Shown in pieces: positions 8,372 to 18,315 of a stretch of DNA of 64,000 nucleotides (position 1 is its first letter; each line of letters starts with the position of its first letter). A model generated the notes under the pieces. That model had not been told where the DNA came from. It saw nothing but the letters and a program-made list of their open reading frames with translations, and searched no databases. Both the position numbers and the translations under genes were made by a program. The DNA comes from a virus, in UHGV virus genome UHGV-0170242; one strand, 5' to 3'.

Positions 8372-9919
8372 ATGAAGAAGCTATTCAGCACTGCACAGAT
8401 TGAAGCAATAAATGCTGTTGCTGATAAGAGTAAACAGCTCAGCAACCCTCCTAAGGTTGTAGCTTCTTCTGGTATGATTGAAAGTATTCAAGCGATGTCT
8501 AATCAAGTTCTGGACTATTTTCGTGATTCATCCGCAATATTGATTCAAACTAAGGAGGAGCTTCACGATTATGTTTCAGCTCTGATTGAAGTAGGCATCG
8601 CGGGAATTGACACAGAAACAACTGGATTGGATCGTATTCACGACACGATTGTAGGTGCGTCATTGTACTATCCCGGAAGCACTGAGTGCTACATTCCTAT
8701 GCGGCACTTAGTGCCCCTGTTTGATGAGCCATACAAAGGGCAGCTTACCTATCAGGAGGTATCGGAAGAATTTCAGAGGATTGCTAATTCAGATGTTAAG
8801 CTGATATTTGCAAACGCAGACTTCGACTTGTCTATGATAAACAAGGATCTTGGAGTCGATTTCATTCCTCGGTGCTACTATGATGTAATACTTGCATGGA
8901 GATGTCTCAAAGAGAACGAGAAAGATAATTCGCTAAAAGCCCTCTACGCTAAGTATGTGATGAAAGGTAAGACAGATCCGAAAAAGTTCTCCGATTTCTT
9001 TACACCTAAGCTTTTTCCATACTGCAAGCCAGAGGTCGCAAAACTTTATGCAGCGACTGATGCAAGGATGACATATGAGTTATACCTTTGGCAGCTTCCT
9101 TATGTAACCAAAACTGATCCTAAATGCCAGAAAAATCACCTAGAGGCGATTTCCGATCTTGTGTGGAACATAGAATTCCCGTTGATGCAAGTGTGCCAAG
9201 ATATGCATCGTAGAGGGCTTTATCTGGATAAGAGTACTGCACGTGTTCTGTTAGACAGATACAAAAGCAAACACGCTAAGGCGATGCAAGAGCTTGCGGA
9301 CATTGTTCAAGGACATTTGCAAGAGTGCGACTATTCAACACTATCTAAGTGCCCGTTCCGGGACGGTGCTGCATTCAATCCAAACTCGTCTATACATGTC
9401 AAGTACCTGCTCAAAGATATCTTGAAAGTAGATATCGGAAAAAGCGTAGATAAGAATGTGCTTGCTGAAATAAATCTTCCAGTAACAAAGAAGATACTAG
9501 ATGTTCGCGGATTTGACAAATTGATTTCAACATATGTTGAGAAAATGCCTAAGACTGTTGCTTCGGACGGTAAGGTCCACCCAACATTCAAAAGTATAGG
9601 CGCGTCGACCGGCAGATTCAGTTCGGAATCACCGAACGCTCAGAATATTCCGTCGCATGCAGGAGATATTCGCCACATGTTCCGAGCAACTCCTAAACAA
9701 ATCAAACTTGTAGATGCAGCGGAATCGGAGTCATTCATACAAGTTGAGCTTGAGTCAATTGATTCAATCCCTACGCCAGAGGGCACTATCAAAGTAAGCT
9801 CAATCACGATTGGGAGTAAGGTGTCACTGCTCAAAGATTCAAAACCAGCAACTTGTATCGTTACAGATATACACGATAGCACTAACACACGGACAGTATT
9901 TATGAAGGAGATAGTATGA
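8372..9919 (+). CDS. polA: Family A DNA polymerase, N-terminal chain (3'-5' exonuclease + thumb + Hint-like tail)
   Basis: Exo motifs IDTETTGL, ANADFDL, YAATDA; FNPNS; TGRFSSESPNAQNIP; IRHMFRATP then a 74-aa non-polymerase tail and stop. Confidence 0.92.
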   Translation: MKKLFSTAQIEAINAVADKSKQLSNPPKVVASSGMIESIQAMSNQVLDYFRDSSAILIQTKEELHDYVSALIEVGIAGIDTETTGLDRIHDTIVGASLYYPGSTECYIPMRHLVPLFDEPYKGQLTYQEVSEEFQRIANSDVKLIFANADFDLSMINKDLGVDFIPRCYYDVILAWRCLKENEKDNSLKALYAKYVMKGKTDPKKFSDFFTPKLFPYCKPEVAKLYAATDARMTYELYLWQLPYVTKTDPKCQKNHLEAISDLVWNIEFPLMQVCQDMHRRGLYLDKSTARVLLDRYKSKHAKAMQELADIVQGHLQECDYSTLSKCPFRDGAAFNPNSSIHVKYLLKDILKVDIGKSVDKNVLAEINLPVTKKILDVRGFDKLISTYVEKMPKTVASDGKVHPTFKSIGASTGRFSSESPNAQNIPSHAGDIRHMFRATPKQIKLVDAAESESFIQVELESIDSIPTPEGTIKVSSITIGSKVSLLKDSKPATCIVTDIHDSTNTRTVFMKEIV

Positions 9920-10398
9920 TTAAAGATAGCGGAACCCGTACATCATTTGAGAGCGGAGCAGTTCGCGATATCCAAAAAGGTAAAGGACGGTGCGATCTGA
10001 TGCCGTTAGATGTAGTAGCAGCGATGACCGAAGATGTTACATTTCTGGATATCTACTATTTCTTAGATACCGGACGTACTGACGTAATGCTCAAGTTGAT
10101 TAGTAATTCAGCGGTTAAACTGTTTGGTAGCATCGAGAACGCACTCCTCGAAGTATCTATTCATTATGAGGAAGGCGCAGAAAAATATGGCGAGCACAAC
10201 TGGGAGAAAGGAATACCAGCACATAGTTTTGTAGATAGCGCAATTCGTCATTATATCAAGCTTCGCCGAGGTGATAAAGATGAACGTCATGATCGAGCAT
10301 TCATATGGAATCTCCTCGGTCTATTGTGGACAATTGAACATCATTCAGAATTGAACGATCTTCCATATTGTACCAGAGATGCAGATACAATTAAGTAA
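9916..10398 (+). CDS. dATP/dGTP diphosphohydrolase-like (DUF5664-type) protein
   Basis: GAVRD..KGRCDLMP, GAEKYGEHNWEKG, DSAIRH, H...IWNLL motifs. Confidence 0.75.
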   Translation: MIKDSGTRTSFESGAVRDIQKGKGRCDLMPLDVVAAMTEDVTFLDIYYFLDTGRTDVMLKLISNSAVKLFGSIENALLEVSIHYEEGAEKYGEHNWEKGIPAHSFVDSAIRHYIKLRRGDKDERHDRAFIWNLLGLLWTIEHHSELNDLPYCTRDADTIK

Positions 10399-10410
10399 GG
10401 AGTTGATAGA

Positions 10411-10470
10411 ATGGCCAAATGGCAGATTCAAGTAACATCCGAATATGAAAGGAGAACAAATCATGTCTAA
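10411..10470 (+). pseudogene. 19-codon duplicate of the PolA C-chain start (MAKWQIQVTSEYERRTNHV)
   Basis: Own AAGGAG RBS; first ten residues nearly match MSKWQVQVTS at 10463. Confidence 0.65.
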
Positions 10471-13176
10471 GTGGCAAGTACAGGTTACATCCCCGCCACA
10501 TGTAATGCTAAGCAGCGATTACAGTTAATGGCTGGCTGTAGTAAAACTCGGCTAATTCGGTGAAATCCTTACAGGTTTGGTTCGGCTGTAGGGACAATAC
10601 CGAGCAAGACTTCGGTCGTGTGTAGAGACTATCGAAAGCTAAACATCTGCATTCACAGAAATGTGTAAATGATATATCAGGCAGATTGAGATAATCAAGT
10701 GAGTAGAGTACAGCCCAAGCGGGTCAGCATTCAGTGATATTAGCTGATATAAGTCTGTTAAATGGAAACGCCGAGAAGCATGAGAAATGGTAACAGTGAC
10801 TCATGTTTAAGAGATAGTCCGACACTCATGGTAACATGAGAAGTGTTTAGCGAGCACCTAACTAAACAGCAACAGGAACCCAAACTATTATCTTTTGTCG
10901 CCAAAGATAGCAAAATGTGCGACGCATTCCAGCATGGACGCGATATATATGCTACTATTGCAGGTATCTCGTTCAATATGCCTTATGAGAAGTGTCTTGA
11001 ATTCCACCCAGAGACTCATGAATATCAGCCCGACGGCAAGGCGAGACGAAGCGAGGCCAAGACAATTGTATTGGGTAGACCGATGAGGTTAGATGTCTTG
11101 GCCTAAAGCAGATGCCCCGTCAGCAGAAGCTCTAGTTCACAGACTGCTGATTGTAAACTTTGTGAACTGTATTACTCACAGGTGTGCAGCACCCGATTCA
11201 GGATCTGTAGGAAATGACAGATAAGTGCTGTGCTAACCGGGGACACCTAATTAGGTCAATCCGGTGCTAAGCTCGGTAACATCAACCTTTAATTGTATTA
11301 GGTATCTAATACAGTAAGGAGTATGTTACAATGAACGATGTCTATCTGATAACTAACACAGTAAATGGCAAGCAGTATGTAGGCGTAACGCGTCGCGGAG
11401 TAGATGCTCGATTTCGAGAACATGTACTTGAATCTAACGCCGGATCTTCTACAATTCTGCACAACGCTATTCGAAAGTATGGAGCTGATCATTTTACAGT
11501 AATGGTGTTAGAATCCAACATTCCAGATGATCAAGCTGCTGAACGCGAACAGCATTACATTCGAGAATATCAGACATTTTATCCGAATAGGACAGGATAC
11601 AACATGACTGAAGGCGGTGGCGGGGTAGTTGGCTATCATCATACCGCAGCTGCTAAGGCTAAAGTATCTGAACGGCTTACAGGGCACAAGTTTCCTGAAT
11701 CTCGCAACAAGAAGATTCAAGCAGCTATGACCGGTCGAGAATATAAGGATGAGTGGCGGCAAGCGCTGAGTGAGTCTCGAATGGGTCGATTTACTGCTGA
11801 GGACAACCCATTTTTCGGTAAACATCATACCGAAGTAACTAAATCAGCTATAAGTGCGGCTAACAGTAAGCATGAAGTTGTGCAGCTGGATGCAGGTACT
11901 CGAGATGAAATTAGATCGTTTGCTAATGCAAATAAAGCTGGAGAGTGGGTTGTTGCACACAAGTTATCTACTGCGCAGCCGTTGACATGTTCAGGTCGAA
12001 TTGGCGAAGTGTGCCGCAGTAAGAATAACAGGTGCACCGCATATGGATATGGATGGGCATTTAGAGAAAGTCTATCGACTAATTGTAGGGCGGAGGATGA
12101 GTTACCGCCCCAAGCGCAAAGCACCCTTCTAGAGCAGGGTGATGATATAGTCAGTGCTACTGGTAACAGTAGATAACACGATCACTTACGGTCGATCTGT
12201 AACAACAATTGCTGATCAGTTATTTGGTTCAGACGAAACGCTTACTCAGGAGCAGAAAATTGCGAAAGCCCAAAAAGTGTATGATTCAGTTCTGTTAGCG
12301 TTTCCTCAGCTTCGTACATTTATGAATCAGATGCAGAGACTTGCCCGCAAACAGGGATATGTAGAAACAATATTAGGTCGACGTCGTCACATTCCTGATA
12401 TGCAGCTTCCCGAGTTTGAATTTGTCCCAATGCCAGGATATGTGAATCCGGATATCAATCCGCTTGATCTATCTACGCTGGCAAACAAGGATGGAATTCC
12501 AAAGCGAATTGTAAATCAGCTAGAGACTGAATTCAAACAGTACAAGTACTTCGGGCAGATAGCTCGTCGTACTCGAGAACTAGCTGAACAGAAGATTCGT
12601 GTTATCAATAATCGCCCTAAGATAACAGAGGCTTCGAGAAAAGTTGTAAATTCGATAGTCCAGGGGAGCGCTGCAGAGCTTACAAAGATGGCTATGCTTG
12701 CGTTAGAGCATGATCCAGATTGGAACCGCATTGGAGGTAAACTTATCCTTCCGGTTCACGATGAACTCATAGCAGAGGTTCCTATTGAGTATTGGAAAGA
12801 AGGTGGAGAGATACTAAGCCGCGTGATGTCCGAAGCTGGTAGTTTCTTACCGTTTACCATATCATGCGACGTAACAACTACGCTTAGATGGTATGGTCTT
12901 GAGTATCCATGTAAGTATAGTAGACCCGCAAGCATCGACACTGTCGAACCTGATGAAGTCGCGTGGATCCAGTACCACCTTGTAGAACTTGAGTACCTAA
13001 TGCCCGTATTCAAAGAATCTGATGGTAGCAAGCCTCGTGGAGATAAAGCGGTCGGAGTAAATGGCCGCATATCTGATGAATATCAAGCCGCCATAATGGA
13101 CTACATGAACCGTTATAGATTACGGCCCGATCAGGTCATAGATCATATAGACAAAAAAGTAGTTGAAGGAGTGTAA
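10463..13176 (+). CDS. polA: Family A DNA polymerase, C-terminal chain; exons 10463-10525, 10870-11076, 12181-13176 (421 aa spliced)
   Basis: AAAGGAG RBS; splicing restores motif A (MLSSDYS|QQEPKLL) and motif B (RSEAKTIVLG|ITYG) in frame; NSIVQGSAA and VHDEL (motif C) in exon 3. Confidence 0.9.
10526..10869 (+). mobile_element. Group I intron 1 in polA motif A (ORF-less, 344 nt)
   Basis: 5' exon ends in U pairing with GCTGTAGT guide (U-G); P AATTCGGTGAA, Q AATACCGAG, R AGAGACTATC, S GATAGTCC; terminal G at 10869. Confidence 0.9.
11077..12180 (+). mobile_element. Group I intron 2 in polA motif B (1104 nt) carrying a homing endonuclease
   Basis: Exon end TTGGGT pairs with GCCTAA; CCGGGGACACCTAATTAGGTCAATCCGGTG core; R TCGACTA, S GATATAGTCAG; terminal G at 12180. 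Confidence 0.9.
11331..12176 (+). CDS. Intron-encoded GIY-YIG homing endonuclease with NUMOD3-like repeats
   Basis: VYLITNTVNGKQYVGVT, RFREH, AIRKYG, GYNMTEGG, NPFFGKHHTE; TAAGGAG RBS; AACCTTTAAT motif at 11284. Confidence 0.92.
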   Translation: MNDVYLITNTVNGKQYVGVTRRGVDARFREHVLESNAGSSTILHNAIRKYGADHFTVMVLESNIPDDQAAEREQHYIREYQTFYPNRTGYNMTEGGGGVVGYHHTAAAKAKVSERLTGHKFPESRNKKIQAAMTGREYKDEWRQALSESRMGRFTAEDNPFFGKHHTEVTKSAISAANSKHEVVQLDAGTRDEIRSFANANKAGEWVVAHKLSTAQPLTCSGRIGEVCRSKNNRCTAYGYGWAFRESLSTNCRAEDELPPQAQSTLLEQGDDIVSATGNSR

Positions 13177-13179
13177 TTT

Positions 13180-14262
13180 ATGATCACAGTAAACACCAAA
13201 CCGCTTTTAACTGCGCTTAATCTCGCAGTTGTTAATTCCAACGTCTCTAAGTACTATAAAAAGAGCGGTATCGCACAGATAACTGTTGAGCCGAAGCAGA
13301 TTAAGTTCAACTTCGAAGCAGAAAACGTCATCAGTGAAGTATCTATCGCTGGAATGTCAACTGCTGCCGAAACTCAAGTAATCATGGTAGATAATATGCT
13401 TTTGAAGCAGCTCATATCTACACTATCATCTGCAACGGTTACGCTAGATGTGCAGCCAGATGCTCTTGTTATTACTTCAGGTAAGTCCAGATTCACAGTT
13501 CCTCGAATCGACACTGATGGACTTACACTAAATGTCCCTGATACGATAACAAGCAACGTTAGCATTGATGTGGATAAGGATGCATGGAGATTCATCAAAG
13601 ATAATCAGATGTACGCAATCTCGATGTCATTTGAGCATCCGGTTTATCGCAAGGTTTGGGTGAGCGAGTCCGGCGATACGCTTGTAGGTGATTTCGACAC
13701 TTGCTTATTCACACATTCAAATAAATCTAATCTTGCATGCACTTGTTTGCTTTCCGATACCATCATTAACCTGCTTAATTCCCTTCCGGATGGAGCTAAG
13801 ATGTATCGTAGCGATGGAAGTTATATCATAATTGTAGTTACTGATAGCTATAAGTACACTGCTCAGTTTTCTCCAAGGCTCGAATCTGATGAAGGTAGTT
13901 ACAATTCTGATATCATTCTGGGCTCGCTTAATCACCCAGATAACTGCTTTGCGGTTGCTGCGGCAAAGGTCAACCAAATTCTTGGCCAAGCCCTTTTGCT
14001 TTCAACCAGTACAGAAGATACTATCTGGCTCAAGGTATCTAACAGAGAGATGACGCTTCAAAATAACAACATGACAGGTACAATCGACATCGACTTCGAC
14101 GGAGAGTTCGGACTCGAATTCAAGACCGATTCGCTGAAATCCGTGATGTCCAGTTATGGTGATGTCGATGTCCGAATTGGACCGTCTATCCTCGATGACG
14201 AGGTCGTTGGCATCATTGTTTGGGATGACGAGTTGACAACAACGCTTGCAGGAGTAGGCTGA
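13180..14262 (+). CDS. dnaN: DNA polymerase III beta-type sliding clamp
   Basis: 360 aa, three-repeat alpha/beta pattern, LVITSGKSRFTVP; clamp-loader genes downstream. Confidence 0.7.
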   Translation: MITVNTKPLLTALNLAVVNSNVSKYYKKSGIAQITVEPKQIKFNFEAENVISEVSIAGMSTAAETQVIMVDNMLLKQLISTLSSATVTLDVQPDALVITSGKSRFTVPRIDTDGLTLNVPDTITSNVSIDVDKDAWRFIKDNQMYAISMSFEHPVYRKVWVSESGDTLVGDFDTCLFTHSNKSNLACTCLLSDTIINLLNSLPDGAKMYRSDGSYIIIVVTDSYKYTAQFSPRLESDEGSYNSDIILGSLNHPDNCFAVAAAKVNQILGQALLLSTSTEDTIWLKVSNREMTLQNNNMTGTIDIDFDGEFGLEFKTDSLKSVMSSYGDVDVRIGPSILDDEVVGIIVWDDELTTTLAGVG

Positions 14263-15053
14263 TGGCTTTTAGAGAATTTGATTCAGCACATCTTGCTAAG
14301 TTCAATTCTGCTGTGAGCAGTGAGTTTTTGAGCGCCTACGAGTCCTTCGTGGACGCTCAAATTCTTAAACAGAATTCTAAGCCGTCGCATAAGGCAATCG
14401 CACCGTCGTCATTTCGATGTGATAGACGATCTTGGTTCCGATTGAGAGGGACTGAGCCCGACGTAGTACCGAAAGCCGATTATGAGCTGGAGTGGGCGGC
14501 GCAGATGGGGACAGCATGTCATCGAGTGATTCAAAGTAATTTGATAGCGATGCTTGGCTCTAAATGGATATCTGTTTCGGATTATCTCCGTGATCACGCA
14601 TCGCAGCTAAAGTGGGAATATACGCTGACGCCTTCAACGGATAGCTCGGAGACTTTTGTAGCGATACAAAATCCTCCAATTCGGTTCGCTTGCGACGGTA
14701 TTGTATTCTGGAACGGGCAGTTCTGGCTACTCGAAATCAAGTCGTTAGATCACGGTAGTTGGAATGACCTAACCGACCCGAAAGCTGAACATGCTGATCA
14801 AGTTAGGTGCTATGCAACATACTTAGGACTCGAAGGAGTGCTATTTATCTATGTGGATAGACAGTATGGTCGAATCAAATGCTACGAAGTCGAAATACAT
14901 GAATATGAAAAGGAAGATGTACTTCGTCGTGTAGATAAGATTGTTCAGTATGCTGAAGCTAATTTAGCACCTGCAGGACTCCCAAAAGGAGATAAGTGGT
15001 GCTCTCCAAGTTACTGCCCATACTACAAAAAATGCAACGAATATGGACGATAA
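14262..15053 (+). CDS. Cas4/AddB-like PD-(D/E)xK exonuclease
   Basis: PSSFRCDR, GTACH, CDGIV, LEIKS, QVRCY and C-terminal CxxxxCxxxxxC cluster. Confidence 0.85.
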   Translation: MAFREFDSAHLAKFNSAVSSEFLSAYESFVDAQILKQNSKPSHKAIAPSSFRCDRRSWFRLRGTEPDVVPKADYELEWAAQMGTACHRVIQSNLIAMLGSKWISVSDYLRDHASQLKWEYTLTPSTDSSETFVAIQNPPIRFACDGIVFWNGQFWLLEIKSLDHGSWNDLTDPKAEHADQVRCYATYLGLEGVLFIYVDRQYGRIKCYEVEIHEYEKEDVLRRVDKIVQYAEANLAPAGLPKGDKWCSPSYCPYYKKCNEYGR

Positions 15054-15085
15054 CTCGTTATAGTTTGTAAGGAGGATGTAAATAT

Positions 15086-16126
15086 ATGGCTACATCTGCA
15101 TTGGCAATAAAGTATAGACCTAAGACGTGGGATGAGATGGTAGAACAGTCGGTGTCTACCTCAATACTCACAGCGTTGTGCAAATCTAAGGAATTCACTT
15201 GTCGCAATTTCTTATTCATTGGTCCTGCCGGAACAGGTAAAACTTCAACCTGTCGTTTGGTTGCAAGTATGCTTAATGACGGAAAGGGATCTCCTATCGA
15301 GATAGACGCAGCATCGAATGGTGGTGTAGACGCAATCCGTGATCTAGTCCAGCAAGCTCGACTCTATCCAGTAGGCTGTAAGTATAAAATAATAATAGTA
15401 GATGAGGTCCACGCGATTAGTCAGGCAGGATGGTCCGCATTGCTGAAGCCACTTGAAGAGGGAGTCGGTAACACGGTGTGGTTGATGTGTACTACTAATC
15501 CGGAGAAGATACCCGCAACCATCATTTCTCGAGTTCAGACATTCCGCCTGTCTAAGATAAGTACCACAGGCATAATGAACCGACTTAATTATATTCTTGA
15601 GTCTGAAATTGCCGAAGGCAGACAGATAACTTATACTCAAGATGCAATTCAGCTTGTGGCGAAGCTGGCTAACGGCGGTATGCGAGATGCGATCACTATG
15701 CTGGATCAGGCATTAAGTTATAATTTGAACATTACTTCAAAATCCGTTGCAGAGGCATTGAACCTCCCGAACTACGATGATTACTTCGAGCTTCTTAGCA
15801 ACTACGCTAAGCGAGATAACAAAGCCATAATCGAGTCAGTCAATCGAGTATACAACTCAGGAGTTAATTTCAACAAATGGTTTGAAGGATTTCACGCATT
15901 CGTTATGAATATAGTTAAATTCATATTTACTCGTGATATCAACTATACCGTAATACCGAGTCACTACGAAGAAAAAATATCTAATTATTCTACTCAGCAC
16001 GCAACAGTCTGTCTCACGCTTGCAGATACGCTTCTGAAGATAATACGAGATATCAAATCTTCGCAATATATGCAAGAGATTGCATTGAGTTATCTCTGTT
16101 TCATACCTCGAAAGGAGTCTAAATGA
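15086..16126 (+). CDS. dnaX: Clamp loader gamma/tau subunit
   Basis: LAIKYRPKTW, GPAGTGKTS, EIDAAS, IVDEVH, LLKPLEE, TIISR, GGMRDA. Confidence 0.93.
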   Translation: MATSALAIKYRPKTWDEMVEQSVSTSILTALCKSKEFTCRNFLFIGPAGTGKTSTCRLVASMLNDGKGSPIEIDAASNGGVDAIRDLVQQARLYPVGCKYKIIIVDEVHAISQAGWSALLKPLEEGVGNTVWLMCTTNPEKIPATIISRVQTFRLSKISTTGIMNRLNYILESEIAEGRQITYTQDAIQLVAKLANGGMRDAITMLDQALSYNLNITSKSVAEALNLPNYDDYFELLSNYAKRDNKAIIESVNRVYNSGVNFNKWFEGFHAFVMNIVKFIFTRDINYTVIPSHYEEKISNYSTQHATVCLTLADTLLKIIRDIKSSQYMQEIALSYLCFIPRKESK

Positions 16127-16731
16127 TGAATCTACCGTATTTGGAGAAGCTGGATGAGATATGCGCGGTTAGAGATGAAATGTATGCTGAAATATTTTCG
16201 GAGCTATTCAGCCGAGTTACTGAGTTATATCAGCGGTTCAGGAGTGAAATACGTCCCATAACGGATGACGAGCTTGAAACAATCTTGACAGAGATTCCCC
16301 TTCGACTGTTTACAGTTTCTGAAAGACTTGCAGACATCCGAATGAGAATGTCGGTGACCAAGCTAGAGAACAAGCATAAACGTACGTCGTTGATAAAGTC
16401 CTACATCATCAGCCCAGAGTATGACGGATATTCACAAAGTGCTGTACGTGAGTTTGTTTCGAATAGGGCGGACGACGAAATGCGTGATGACGAGATTGCT
16501 GTAATGGTTTATTCGTCGCTTATAGACCGAATAGAAGGCGAGATTTCATTTTCGCGTGAACTCATAATGGGAGCAAAGAAGCTTTGGGATGCTCGCCGCA
16601 GTAATGCTACCAATCCTGTAGCGCCTGTAGTTCCAGAACTACCTGAGTATACACCTTCAGCAGGAACACCTATTCATCGACCTCACACCACTTCGAATAA
16701 GGATTATATCAAAGGAGATGTTAAGTTTTGA
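16123..16731 (+). CDS. Helical protein, possible recombination mediator (UvsY-like position)
   Basis: Coiled-coil-like 202 aa directly upstream of RecA; function inferred from position only. Confidence 0.45.
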   Translation: MMNLPYLEKLDEICAVRDEMYAEIFSELFSRVTELYQRFRSEIRPITDDELETILTEIPLRLFTVSERLADIRMRMSVTKLENKHKRTSLIKSYIISPEYDGYSQSAVREFVSNRADDEMRDDEIAVMVYSSLIDRIEGEISFSRELIMGAKKLWDARRSNATNPVAPVVPELPEYTPSAGTPIHRPHTTSNKDYIKGDVKF

Positions 16732-17894
16732 GTTACGCGGAAATAATAAAGAAACGGATTAAGGATTGGAACTGCGACCGGTTGATGGACGGGGCAAGAG
16801 CGAAACGAGGAAATAAGATTCCATTCTCTAGCCCCCTTCTCAACTACTCTACATACGGAGGCATTCCACGGGACGCAATCACCGAGTTCTTTGGAGCACC
16901 TGGCGGAGGAAAGTCCAGCACGGCGGTAGACATATGTAAAACAGCTCATGCAGTGTTTCAGTCTGAGTATCAAGCTGAACTGCTGCGATTACAGAGTAAG
17001 ATAAATGAAGGCAATAAGTCACTCATTGCAGAATACGAAGATACAAAAGAGCGCGGGCCTAAAAAGGTTCTCTACATAGATCTAGAACATTCATTTGACG
17101 CAGCATGGGCTAACACACTCGGTATTCAAGAAGGTGAAATTGATATAATGCAACCTCCAGATGTAGTTGCCGAATCCATTCTTCAAACTATTCAAGAGCT
17201 AGTAGAGACGGGTGAAGTAGGACTTCTGGTGTTAGATTCTATTCCAAGTTTAGTCACCCAGGCGGAGTTGGATAAAAAATACGGAGAACGAACCGTTGCG
17301 TCATTGTCTGGATTACTCACGATATTCTGCAGGAAGATTGTTCCTCTGCTAACTAGATATCACACTACGTTGATAGTTATAAATCAGATTCGCGATAATA
17401 TGGATAATCCATATGTAGTTAATACCCCCGGAGGTAACGCATTAAAGTTTTTCTGCACGCTTCGCATACAATTTAAGATTGGAGCTCCTGTTGATTTCCT
17501 TGGAAACGAACTCCCAGCAAGCACTGAGAATCCTGCAGGATACAAAGTAGTTGCTAAAATAGTCAAACAAAAAAGTGCCCCAAACGATCGGAAATCTGGG
17601 TCATATTATCTCATGGCGCATTCGGGCATTCGAATTGATATGGATTACATACTGCTCGCAGTAAACAAGTACAATCTAATAAAGAAGGCTGCAGCTTGGT
17701 TCACGCTGTTAGATCCAAATACAAAGGAACCGTTGGTAAACGACAACGGGCTCCCAATTAAGTTAAATGGACTAACCAGAGTGTTCGAATACGCGCAGAA
17801 TAATCCAGATTATTTTAGTCGACTCGTTAAAGTAATCAATCAAGATATTGAAGGAGGACTTGCTGACGATGACGAAGAAGGAAGCGAGCAGTAA
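16728..17894 (+). CDS. recA: RecA/UvsX recombinase
   Basis: GGIPR, EFFGAPGGGKSS, YIDLEH, LVLDSI, INQIR, TPGGNALKF. Confidence 0.95.
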   Translation: MSYAEIIKKRIKDWNCDRLMDGARAKRGNKIPFSSPLLNYSTYGGIPRDAITEFFGAPGGGKSSTAVDICKTAHAVFQSEYQAELLRLQSKINEGNKSLIAEYEDTKERGPKKVLYIDLEHSFDAAWANTLGIQEGEIDIMQPPDVVAESILQTIQELVETGEVGLLVLDSIPSLVTQAELDKKYGERTVASLSGLLTIFCRKIVPLLTRYHTTLIVINQIRDNMDNPYVVNTPGGNALKFFCTLRIQFKIGAPVDFLGNELPASTENPAGYKVVAKIVKQKSAPNDRKSGSYYLMAHSGIRIDMDYILLAVNKYNLIKKAAAWFTLLDPNTKEPLVNDNGLPIKLNGLTRVFEYAQNNPDYFSRLVKVINQDIEGGLADDDEEGSEQ

Positions 17895-18315
17895 ACAGGA
17901 GAACCTGATTGCAAAGTCGCTTGAATGGCAGGTAACTTCAGGTAGCGGGGCACGTGCATTTTATCCAGGCGACGTATCATCCGACAGCTGGTTAGGTGAA
18001 TGTAAAACTCATCTGAGTGTAACTCCTGTGCTGTTCTACTGGTCCGTATGGCACAAGATAGTCGACGAATCAGCTTCGCAGTTTAAGCGACCGGTTTTGT
18101 TTGTAGATAACGGCACTCAGTCGTTAGATATGACGTGGTGCATGACCAATACTATCTTGGATTATGAGGGAGATGTATACACCATTCCGGATAAGTGCCT
18201 ACGGGTCCGGTCAATACAGATCGACTCAACTCTGGATAGCCATTTCGTGTACCAGCATCCTGACAAGGAGATATATTTCATACCATTTAACATATTCAAG
18301 GAGATGATTGCATGA
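17848..18315 (+). CDS. Hjc-like Holliday junction resolvase
   Basis: E..IAK.L, SGSGA, GDV, GECK nuclease motif. Confidence 0.7.
   Translation: MKEDLLTMTKKEASSKQENLIAKSLEWQVTSGSGARAFYPGDVSSDSWLGECKTHLSVTPVLFYWSVWHKIVDESASQFKRPVLFVDNGTQSLDMTWCMTNTILDYEGDVYTIPDKCLRVRSIQIDSTLDSHFVYQHPDKEIYFIPFNIFKEMIA

Noticed and set aside
9695..10495. Active split intein in PolA
   Set aside because: No Cys/Ser at the expected N-junction and no His-Asn followed by Cys/Ser/Thr on chain 2
10843..11106. ORF-track calls 10843-11106, 12154-13176 and 45258-45851 as independent genes
   Set aside because: Their starts lie inside group I introns; they are exons
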